From: Candidatus Sumerlaeia bacterium
GTDB taxonomy: Bacteria > Sumerlaeota > Sumerlaeia > SLMS01
Assembly (NCBI GenBank): GCA_038208905.1
Contig: JBBQYG010000088.1
Span: forward strand, 1-15,797
DNA length: 15,797 nt
Reading direction: 5' to 3'
Below, one piece after another: positions 8,141 through 15,479 of the stretch. A model generated the notes under the pieces. It did not search any database. It was given only the letters and a program-made list of their open reading frames with translations, and was not told the origin of the DNA. Each line of letters starts with the position of its first letter. Positions within the stretch are counted from its first letter, which is position 1. Made by a program: the position numbers and the translations under genes.

Positions 8141-8347
8141 ATGTACCAGCCGGATATCAAGCCAGCCGCCGTCGTCCGCCACAAGAAGTTTGGCGTTGGG
8201 AAAGTCGTCGTGCGCTATGGCGAGGACGAGTTGAGCAAGGTCATCGTGAAGTTCCAGGAAGAGGGCGAGAAGAAGCTCTCCATCAAGCATGCCAAGATGG
8301 AAGTGGACGCGCCCGAGCCCGAGCCTGTTGTTCCCCCCGCCGAGTAA
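8141..8347 (+). CDS. Stand-alone UvrD/PcrA C-terminal Tudor-like domain mini-protein
   Basis: VRHKKFGVGKV...G..E..KVIVKFQEEGEKKL...AKME matches the UvrD/PcrA C-terminal pattern V-x-H-x-K-F-G-x-G-x-V...V-x-F...G-x-K-x-L...A-x-L-E. Own RBS AGAGG 8128-8132; G/C-ending codons. Confidence 0.8.
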   Translation: MYQPDIKPAAVVRHKKFGVGKVVVRYGEDELSKVIVKFQEEGEKKLSIKHAKMEVDAPEPEPVVPPAE

Positions 8348-8359
8348 GGCGCCCGCGTC

Positions 8360-8644
8360 ATGGCCCTTTCCGCCAAGGATGTCGAGCATGTCGCGCTGCT
8401 CTCCCGCCTCGAGCTGGGGCCGGAGGAGACGCGCAAGTTCACCGACGAGCTCACGAAGATCTTCACCTATGTCGAGCAGCTCGACCAGCTCGACGTGAGC
8501 GGCGTCCCGCCGACCGCGCACCCGCTGCCCATGAAGGACGTATTTCGCGAGGACGTTGTGCGCACTCCGCTCTCCAACTCGGAGGCGCTCTCCAACGCGC
8601 CCGAGAAGGAAGACGGCTGCTTCCGCGTTCCCCAGATCGTCTGA
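8360..8644 (+). CDS. gatC: Asp-tRNA(Asn)/Glu-tRNA(Gln) amidotransferase subunit C
   Basis: DVEHVALLSRLEL...L..I..YVEQL..LDVSGV.PT.HP...FRED...ALSNAP....G.FRVPQIV; directly upstream of gatA. Confidence 0.96.
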   Translation: MALSAKDVEHVALLSRLELGPEETRKFTDELTKIFTYVEQLDQLDVSGVPPTAHPLPMKDVFREDVVRTPLSNSEALSNAPEKEDGCFRVPQIV

Positions 8645-8651
8645 GCGAAAA

Positions 8652-8678
8652 GTAGCGTGGGCGTCTCGCCCACGCTAC
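8652..8678. repeat. GTAG-type REP element, double-ended (GTAG...CTAC) hairpin
   Basis: GTAGCGTGGGCG-TCT-CGCCCACGCTAC: perfect 12-bp stem with a 3-nt loop. The first 23 nt match the copies at 14014-14134. Confidence 0.8.
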
Positions 8679-8707
8679 CTTGATATCATCGACAACCCGG
8701 AACTCCC

Positions 8708-10180
8708 ATGAGCCTCCACACCGCCCACGCCCTCGCTTCGCAGCTTGCCGATGGAACGACGACCGCCGTCGCGCTCGCCAACGAATATCTCGAGCGCATC
8801 GCCCGCACCGAGCCCACGCTGCACTCCTTCGTGACGGTGATGCGGGCGGAGGCACTGGCCGCCGCGGAGGCTTCGGACGCGCGCCGCGCGGCGGGGAAGC
8901 CGCTCTCCCGATTCGACGGCGTCCCCATCGCCATCAAGGACAACATGATCACCCGCGGCACGCGCACCACGTGCAGCAGCCGCATCCTGGAGAACTTCGT
9001 CCCGCCCTATGACGGCACCGTCGTCGGCAAGCTGCGCGCGGCGGGCCTTGTCCCGATCGGCAAGACGAACCTCGACGAGTTCGCGATGGGCAGCTCCACG
9101 GAAAACTCCGCGTTTGGCCGCTCCAAGAATCCCTGGAACCCCGACCTCGTTCCCGGCGGCAGCAGCGGCGGCAGCGCCACCTGTGTCGCGGGCGGCCAGG
9201 CCCCGTGGTCCCTCGGCTCCGATACCGGTGGCTCCATCCGCCAGCCGGCATCATTCTGCGGGCTGGTCGGCTTCAAGCCCACCTATGGCCGCGTGTCACG
9301 CTATGGGCTGGTGGCGTTCGCCAGCTCCCTCGACCAGATCGGGCCCATGACGCTCGATGTGGAGGACACGGCGGAACTGCTCTCGATCATCTCCGGCCAC
9401 GACCCCCTCGACAGCACCAGCGCCAACATCGCCGTCCCGGACTACGCGGCGGAACTGCGCGAGGGGAGCCTTGCCGGCAAGCGCATCGCGCGCCCGCGCG
9501 AGTTCTTTACCGGCGAGGGCATGGACCCGGAAGTCACCGCCATCGTGGAAGCCACGACGGAAAAGCTCCGCAGCCTGGGCGCGGAGATCGTGGACGTCTC
9601 GATGCCGCACCTGCAGTACAGCGTGAGCTGCTACTATCTGGTGGCGACCGCCGAGGCATCGAGTAACCTCGCCCGCTTCGACGGCGCTCAGTACGGATTC
9701 CGCGCGGCGGATACGAAGAACATCGTGGAGATGTTCAGCCGCACCCGCGCCCAGGGCTTCGGCCCCGAGGTCAAGCGCCGCATCATGATCGGCACCCACG
9801 CGCTCTCGGCCGGGTTCTACGACGCCTTCTACGTGAAGGCGCTCAAGGTGCGCACGCTCATCAAGCAGGACTACGACAAGGCGCTCGCCCAGGCCGACCT
9901 CATCCTCGCGCCCACCTCGCCCTTCCCCGCGTTCGCCGCGGGCGCGCGCTCGGCGGACCCATTGGCGATGTACCTCTGCGACATCTTCACGCTGTCCCTC
10001 AACCTCGCTGGCTACTGTGGTCTCAACCTCCCCGCCGGATATACAAGCGCGGGCTTGCCCGTCGGCATCCAGCTATTCGCCGGCGCCTTCGAGGAGACCA
10101 AGCTCCTCCAGGCCGCATGGCAGCTCGAGCAGTCGATTGGCGTGGTGGGGACACGGGTGCCCGCGCTGGCGAGCGTATAG
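8708..10180 (+). CDS. gatA: Asp-tRNA(Asn)/Glu-tRNA(Gln) amidotransferase subunit A
   Basis: Amidase signature PIAIKDN, GKTNLDEFAMGSSTENS, PGGSSGGSA, GSDTGGSIRQPA; GatA-specific AEASSNLARFDG, GFGPEVKRRIMIGT, DPLAMYLCDIFT. Confidence 0.97.
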   Translation: MSLHTAHALASQLADGTTTAVALANEYLERIARTEPTLHSFVTVMRAEALAAAEASDARRAAGKPLSRFDGVPIAIKDNMITRGTRTTCSSRILENFVPPYDGTVVGKLRAAGLVPIGKTNLDEFAMGSSTENSAFGRSKNPWNPDLVPGGSSGGSATCVAGGQAPWSLGSDTGGSIRQPASFCGLVGFKPTYGRVSRYGLVAFASSLDQIGPMTLDVEDTAELLSIISGHDPLDSTSANIAVPDYAAELREGSLAGKRIARPREFFTGEGMDPEVTAIVEATTEKLRSLGAEIVDVSMPHLQYSVSCYYLVATAEASSNLARFDGAQYGFRAADTKNIVEMFSRTRAQGFGPEVKRRIMIGTHALSAGFYDAFYVKALKVRTLIKQDYDKALAQADLILAPTSPFPAFAAGARSADPLAMYLCDIFTLSLNLAGYCGLNLPAGYTSAGLPVGIQLFAGAFEETKLLQAAWQLEQSIGVVGTRVPALASV

Positions 10181-10209
10181 ACCCCGCGCATCGACAGCCC
10201 CTGAACGAC

Positions 10210-10240
10210 GAAACGGCCCGCGATGATCGCGGGCCGGTTC
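10210..10240. terminator. Hairpin terminator between convergent gatA and prepilin-like genes
   Basis: CGGCCCGCGAT-G-ATCGCGGGCCG inverted repeat (10214-10236) flanked by GAAA and GTTC. Confidence 0.7.
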
Positions 10241-10270
10241 GATATTCTCAGCCGTGCTCAGGCGGGAGCA

Positions 10271-10984
10271 TCAGGGCACGCCGCCGGAGGCGTAGCGGAT
10301 CACATAGCCAGATGAAATGGTGCCGTTGCTCGGGTCATATCGGGCATCGACGACGAAGCGCGAGCGGGCGCTGTCGCCGGGACGCGCGGGGGGAAGCGCG
10401 TTGGACGGACCGACAGACCAAAGAGCCCAGCGAAGGGGACTCTGGTTTACGTTTCTAGTCTCGACTGTGACGGCTCCGTTCGCGCTGAGGCCGGCGGCGA
10501 AGTCGGTCGGAAGCTGAACCACAAAGCCACTGCCCGACGGGCCAGACGTCGTGAAGAGGGAAAAGACGCCGTTGGGGTATGACCCGGTGGAACTGAAGCC
10601 GAATCCGGCCTTGTCATATCCGAAAGGGGGATTGCCGGGGGTGGACTGGGTGGTGCTATTGATGAAAGTGGAAAAAGGATCGCCGGGAAGAGAGGTCATG
10701 AACGCGATCGGGGTCGTCATGCTGCCTGCAGGGATTCCGCCAAAGAGCACCCGGGTTGAATTGCCAAAGAACTGCACCGACGCGGGATAGGTGTTATAGT
10801 CAACGAAGTAGGCCTCCGCCGCGATGGCGATGCTGCGCTGATCGGCCTTAACGCGGCTAACCTTGGCCCGTGTCTGGGCCTCCAGGAAATTGGGAACGGC
10901 GATCGCAGCCAGAATGGCGATAATGGCCACAACGATCAGCAGTTCGATCAGCGTAAATCCGCACTTACTAGTGGGTGCCTTCAC
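10271..10984 (-). CDS. Prepilin-type N-terminal cleavage/methylation domain protein (type IV pilin/pseudopilin-like)
   Basis: Class III signal KCG|FTLIELLIVVAIIAILAAIAVP with E5; C-terminal WALWSVGP and YDPSNGTISSG. GTG start with AAGAGAGGA RBS. Confidence 0.92.
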   Translation of the reverse strand: MKAPTSKCGFTLIELLIVVAIIAILAAIAVPNFLEAQTRAKVSRVKADQRSIAIAAEAYFVDYNTYPASVQFFGNSTRVLFGGIPAGSMTTPIAFMTSLPGDPFSTFINSTTQSTPGNPPFGYDKAGFGFSSTGSYPNGVFSLFTTSGPSGSGFVVQLPTDFAAGLSANGAVTVETRNVNQSPLRWALWSVGPSNALPPARPGDSARSRFVVDARYDPSNGTISSGYVIRYASGGVP

Positions 10985-11002
10985 GGTGAGGTCCTCTCTT
11001 TT

Positions 11003-11011
11003 GGGGGGGGG
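11003..11011. repeat. G9 (C9 on the coding strand) homopolymer directly upstream of the pilin-like gene RBS
   Basis: ttGGGGGGGGGtgt at 11001-11014; the longest homopolymer I found in the window. Confidence 0.75.
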
Positions 11012-11245
11012 TGTGGGCCCGGGGAAGGGCTCCGCGTCCTAACCTGCAAGCGTCACCCAGCCAGTCCGGTCCTATCAAGCAGTTTGTTCAAGGACAGTAA
11101 GAATTCACGGGACCAATCCGGGGGGGCGACGCCGCAGGCTGCAAACGCAGGGAGAGCAGAAAGCCAGCGCGCCCGGCAAGCAAGATGAATCCCGCCCGCC
11201 ACTCAGAATTCAACGCGCCGACACGGCGGGCCGCCAGCCCCCGCA

Positions 11246-12400
11246 TCAAATTCTCTTGAGGGGATTGCTTTCCCTGGCGCTGGCGCGGACATCGGCCTTG
11301 GGGAATCCCTCCTCGGCGAGGGCCATCGTCAGCAGTTCCGCCATGCGCGGCGTCGCGATGGCCTCGCTCGTCCAGTGGCCGACGAGCAGGACGGGGACGC
11401 CGCGGTGGTGGGCCTCGGCGCAGTCGTGATGCGTCATCTCTCCGGTGACAAGGAGGTCGGCGCTGCCGGGACGCCAGCGGCGGATGGCTTCTCCGCCGGC
11501 GCCGGTAAGGATCGCGATGCGCTCGATGGACTTCTTCGCGTCGCCGACAAGCCCGACGCTGTCTATACCGAGGCGCCGCTTGAGCAGCGCGACCAGCTTG
11601 GCGATGGTGGATTTCTCCTTCAACTCCCCCACCAGGCCATAGCCGAAATCGGCGCCTGGTTCTGGTTGCAGGGACAGAATATCGAAAGCGATCTCCTCAT
11701 AAGGATGCACCTTTCGCACGGCGGCGATCAGCGCGCCGAGGCGCGCCCGAGGGCACAGGCACTCGAGGCGGGCCTCCTCGGCCTCCTCCAGCCTGCCAAC
11801 GGCGCCGACGTGGGGATTCGCGCCCGCCAGCGGCCTGAACGTCCCCGTTCCCGGCGCGCGAAACGTGCAGTGGGAGTAGTTGCCGATCTCCCCCGCGCCC
11901 GCCGAGGCAATCGCCCCCACCACGGCGGTCACATGGCTGGCGGGTGTATAGACAACGTACTTGACCGACGAGGACTCGCGCGCGATCGGCATCAGGAAGC
12001 CGCGCCCCGCCGCGCGCAGCTCGATCACATCCGCCAACACCCCGTTGGTTCCCCACGCCACCGCGTCGAAGTTCGTATGCGCCGCGATCATCGCCATCCC
12101 GCTGCGGATCAACTCGCTCGCGAGCGCGGGAACAGAGCTGTCCTCGACGAGCGAATTCAGCGGGCGAAAAAGCAGCGGATGGTGCGTAACCAGCGTCCGG
12201 GCCTTGAGGCGCTTCGCCTCCGCGATGACTTCGCGCGTGACCTCCAACGCAACCAGCACCCGCCCCGCCGGAACGCCCGGGTCTCCGATCTGAAGCCCCA
12301 CGTTGTCCCAGCTCTCCGCGAGCCGCGCGGGAGCCACGCGATCCACCGCGGCGGCGACGTTGGCGACAGTGGGTTGGGTCGATGCGGCGTGCTTGGCCAA
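11246..12400 (-). CDS. Nif3-like (DUF34) dinuclear metal centre hexameric protein with PII-like insertion (YqfO type)
   Basis: AESWDNVGLQIG, THHPLLF, HTNFD; insertion GAGEIGNYSHCTF...GTGTFRP..GANP...HPYEE; TGEMTHHD, GHWTSE. Start set at TTG 12400 with GGAG upstream (uncertain). Confidence 0.92.
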   Translation of the reverse strand: MAKHAASTQPTVANVAAAVDRVAPARLAESWDNVGLQIGDPGVPAGRVLVALEVTREVIAEAKRLKARTLVTHHPLLFRPLNSLVEDSSVPALASELIRSGMAMIAAHTNFDAVAWGTNGVLADVIELRAAGRGFLMPIARESSSVKYVVYTPASHVTAVVGAIASAGAGEIGNYSHCTFRAPGTGTFRPLAGANPHVGAVGRLEEAEEARLECLCPRARLGALIAAVRKVHPYEEIAFDILSLQPEPGADFGYGLVGELKEKSTIAKLVALLKRRLGIDSVGLVGDAKKSIERIAILTGAGGEAIRRWRPGSADLLVTGEMTHHDCAEAHHRGVPVLLVGHWTSEAIATPRMAELLTMALAEEGFPKADVRASARESNPLKRI

Positions 12401-12497
12401 GGGCGGGGCTCCGGGATGGGCGGGATGGGACCGATGACAGTTGGTGAGGGGGGGTGGTGTCGGCCGATGATTCTCAATGGCATTTACCTCCTCCCAC

Positions 12498-14159
12498 TCA
12501 CCGCCGAGGGAAATAGAAAAACCGCGCCGACCGCCCGCCAATGGAGTAGGCGGGCATCGAGCCTTCCAATTCATAGCTGGCCAGAATCGCGTCGCGCATC
12601 TCCCCGGTGAAGCCGAAATAGAACTCCTCCTTGATCGGCTTCTCCGTCACGATCAGGGCGAATCGGCGCGCGGCCACATCGGCGAGGAAGGGGGCCGGGT
12701 CCCACTTCCCCTCGTTGGCGAGCTGGGCCATGATGAACGATTGATAGATCACCGGGCGCCTGGCGAGCAGGAGCGCCTGCACGTCTTCCGAAATCACGGG
12801 ACCATCGGCGTCGGCAATGCGGACAGCGATCTGGGCAGCGGCCTCCGCGTCGGCGGCGGTCGGTGGGCGTGGCGCGAGGATCGGAAGAAAGCTGGGCGAG
12901 CAAAGGCGCCAAGCGTGAAGCGCCAGCAACATCGCCAGCAGCGCCAACACGACGCCGATACGAGGTGGCACGCCCCCCCGCAGCCGCCGGATTCCGAAAC
13001 CAACCGCCAGCCCCGCCATCAGCGCGCATGCGATGTGGAACTCGATGAAATAGTTCGCCGCGGCCCCACGCTTGGCAATGGCGACGAGCGAGATCGCCGT
13101 CAGCAGCGTATAGACAATTGCCAACGCGGCGGCGCGATTTTCCGGCGCGGATGCGAGGGGCCGTGCCAGCCAAAGAACCACTCCCGCCACCGGAAGCGCG
13201 AGGAGCAGCCATCGCTGGAAGAACCACAGATGCACCATCCATCGGCGCAACTGCCACCAGTCGAATTCGTTGGCGTTGTAGGTGACGGTGTGGCGCCAGA
13301 ACTCCCCGCCGGTGACGATCGACAGCGCCGCCACCGCCAGCAGAGCGACGCCCGCCGAGACTGCGCCAAGGATTGCGGCATCGCGCCAGCGCCGCTCCAT
13401 CATCAACACCGCCAGCACCGCCGCGGGCGCGAACAACTGAGTCTGGCGCGTGTGGAATGCCGCGGCAAAAAGCAACGCCGCCGCGATGAGGCCCGCCCTC
13501 CGCGGAGCCAGCAGGAAAACCGCCATCCCCGCCACGCCCAGCGCCGCCGCCATGAAGTCCACGCGCGCAAATGGCAGCCAGTGTGCCACGTCATACGTTG
13601 CCGGAAAAATCGCCGCGCCCAGCGCCGCCGCCGCAATGCTGTGCGTGAATCGCAGAGTCACCAGCGCCACCAGCGCCATCGCCACCAGCGCCGACACCAG
13701 CGTCAGCAATCGGCACGCACCGATCTGGGAAGGCGACAACAGCCCCATCAGCGCCGACACCGCGGGATAGAGCGGCGTATAGTTCCCCACCAGGTACGGG
13801 TAGTCCGTCAGCGGCGGATAGATCGTCTCACCCGCCACCAACCGCGCCGCTTGATTCACGAGGAAGCCCTCCTCGCGATCGATCTGATAGGGATAGGCGA
13901 GCACCACCACCACGGCGGGCCGTATCGCGAGGAATGCGACCACGCCAAGCGCGAGAGCAACCAGCGCGGTGACGATTTCTCCAGCAACCGAGGGCTTCGA
14001 GTGACGCCCCACAGTAGCATGGGCATCCTGCCCATGCCCCGGCGGCCCAGCCTGCTCGGGCACGGGCGAGACGCCCGCGCTACCGTGCCCCGCCTTCCCG
14101 GCCAACTCCTGCACGGGCGAGGCGCCCCTGCTACCTTGGGGCGGCTCCCCGCCGCTCAC
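12498..14159 (-). CDS. Polytopic membrane protein, probable GT-C (ArnT/PMT-like) glycosyltransferase
   Basis: TM1 is followed by an acidic loop (YQIDREEG) and NYTPLYP; ARVDFMA and HTRQTQ segments; about 10-12 hydrophobic helices plus a C-terminal soluble domain. Start proposed at GTG 14159 (GTGA overlap with the upstream stop); an alternative is GTG 14012. Confidence 0.68.
   Translation of the reverse strand: MSGGEPPQGSRGASPVQELAGKAGHGSAGVSPVPEQAGPPGHGQDAHATVGRHSKPSVAGEIVTALVALALGVVAFLAIRPAVVVVLAYPYQIDREEGFLVNQAARLVAGETIYPPLTDYPYLVGNYTPLYPAVSALMGLLSPSQIGACRLLTLVSALVAMALVALVTLRFTHSIAAAALGAAIFPATYDVAHWLPFARVDFMAAALGVAGMAVFLLAPRRAGLIAAALLFAAAFHTRQTQLFAPAAVLAVLMMERRWRDAAILGAVSAGVALLAVAALSIVTGGEFWRHTVTYNANEFDWWQLRRWMVHLWFFQRWLLLALPVAGVVLWLARPLASAPENRAAALAIVYTLLTAISLVAIAKRGAAANYFIEFHIACALMAGLAVGFGIRRLRGGVPPRIGVVLALLAMLLALHAWRLCSPSFLPILAPRPPTAADAEAAAQIAVRIADADGPVISEDVQALLLARRPVIYQSFIMAQLANEGKWDPAPFLADVAARRFALIVTEKPIKEEFYFGFTGEMRDAILASYELEGSMPAYSIGGRSARFFYFPRR
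14014..14134. repeat. Cluster of three 23-nt GTAG-type REP elements (inverted REPIN-like pair plus one tandem copy)
   Basis: 14014-14036 (+) GTAGCATGGGCATCCTGCCCATG; 14061-14083 (-) GTAGCGCGGGCGTCTCGCCCGTG; 14112-14134 (-) GTAGCAGGGGCGCCTCGCCCGTG. Confidence 0.85.
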
Positions 14160-15313
14160 GCGAGCGCGCGGTCCAGCGCCCCCCGGACGCTGTCGATGCT
14201 CATCGCGTCGAGGCAGAACACCGGCTTGGGGCATTCCTTCAAATAGCATGGCGAGCACGGGAAGTCGGTGACGATCTTCTCACCGCGGCCAAAGACATCG
14301 ACTTCCGCATGGCAGGTGGGGCCGAACCAAACCACCACGGGCCGGGCCAGCGCGATGGCCACGTGCATGCCGAGGGAATCCGCACTCAGCACCGCGTCGC
14401 AGCGCTCCACCAGGCCGAAAAAAACCTCCAGAGAATTCCCCGTTCCCGCGTCGATCACGCGCGAACCCGCAAGCGGGCCCGCCGCCTCCATCAGGCGGCG
14501 ATGGATCGCCTCCTCGCGCTTGCCGCCCAGCAGCACAAACACGCGGTCGCCGCGTGCCGCCTCCGACGCCACGAAGTCCGCCATGCGTTCCACGGGCCAC
14601 GCCTTGGTGGCAAACACAGGTCCGCACCCCGTGTTGAGCCCCACGACCTTCGCGCCCGCGGGCTGCGCGCCGCCGTGCTCCGCAAAGAGGCGCGCCCAGA
14701 TCTGCGCCGCCTCGAATCGCGCCGCCGCGCCGATCTGCAAGCCATAGGGCTCGCCCTGATAATCCAGCTCACACATCTCCGCCACGATCTGCGGCACCGT
14801 CTTCTGGTTCTGGAAAAACTTCAGCTCGTCGGAAAGCCCCAGCCTCAGCGCATACATCGACGCATCGTTCCACACCGTCGCCGTGTTATAGGCCGTCGGC
14901 GCGAAGCCCAGGCGGCGCCCGGCGTCCAGCTTCGCCGAGAGAGCCATCGCATGGCGGTCCTTGTCCAGGCAGTAAACCGAATGGAACGGGCGCCCCTCCA
15001 AAGCCAGCAGCCCCTCGGGCCCGAGCGCATGGATTTCATCCACCATCGGATCGCGCACCAGGCTCTCGCTCCCCGGCGCCGTGATCCACACGATCCAGGA
15101 CTCGGGAAAGCGACGCTTCAGCGCGGGAAGGATCGCCTTCGTCCGCAGCACATCCCCCATCGCTCCCAGCTTGATAATCAGAATCTGAACCCCGCGCGGC
15201 GCAAAGTGCGTGCATCCCGGGCATCCGTCGTTCTTGTGGCACGGCTTGTACCCCGTGTAGAAACGGCAATCGGTGCGGATGTCCTTCAAGTCGATCTCGG
15301 CGAAAGTGGACAT
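14156..15313 (-). CDS. Glycosyltransferase family 9 (ADP-heptose:LPS heptosyltransferase-like) with Cys-rich termini
   Basis: ILIIKLGAMGDVL, LPALKRRFPES.I.W, K.WP.E, LLGG..E, SADSLGMHVAIAL..PVV.WFGPT. Start at ATG 15313 or 15343. Confidence 0.9.
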   Translation of the reverse strand: MSTFAEIDLKDIRTDCRFYTGYKPCHKNDGCPGCTHFAPRGVQILIIKLGAMGDVLRTKAILPALKRRFPESWIVWITAPGSESLVRDPMVDEIHALGPEGLLALEGRPFHSVYCLDKDRHAMALSAKLDAGRRLGFAPTAYNTATVWNDASMYALRLGLSDELKFFQNQKTVPQIVAEMCELDYQGEPYGLQIGAAARFEAAQIWARLFAEHGGAQPAGAKVVGLNTGCGPVFATKAWPVERMADFVASEAARGDRVFVLLGGKREEAIHRRLMEAAGPLAGSRVIDAGTGNSLEVFFGLVERCDAVLSADSLGMHVAIALARPVVVWFGPTCHAEVDVFGRGEKIVTDFPCSPCYLKECPKPVFCLDAMSIDSVRGALDRALA

Positions 15314-15479
15314 TCCGGGTGGCGCGTGGTGGGTGGGTTGCATTGCGAAGGGAGGAATCGCCCGCCGAGCCCATTGGGACAAGGGAAAGCCGGGGCGGGA
15401 TCGGACTTTGCTTTACAGGGGGATCATGCACCGCGCACCATTCGCCGGTGAGACCATCCTGACACAGGTGCCGAAAACC

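Noticed and set aside
6808-8655. 615-aa plus-strand ORF, and similar long ORFs 98..1387, 678..1964, 11375..12610, 12477..14246 and 14309..15451
   Set aside because: Antisense or alternative-frame shadows of well-supported genes in high-GC DNA; Arg/Gly/Pro-rich with no recognisable motifs.
11045-11064. Possible sigma54 promoter (TGG...TTGCA) upstream of the pilin-like gene
   Set aside because: GG-to-GC spacing is 9 nt, not the required 10.
11136-11170. GCAAAC...GAAAGCC riboswitch-like words
   Set aside because: On the strand opposite the flanking genes, and no convincing P2 stem.
14014-14134. Short repeats with 24-28 nt spacers resembling a mini-CRISPR
   Set aside because: Copies are in mixed orientation, diverge from each other, carry the GTAG REP signature, and have no cas genes nearby.
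14160-14258. ORF-track start at 14258 for the membrane protein
   Set aside because: It would overlap the conserved GT9 C-terminus by about 100 nt; the GTGA overlap at 14159 is more plausible.
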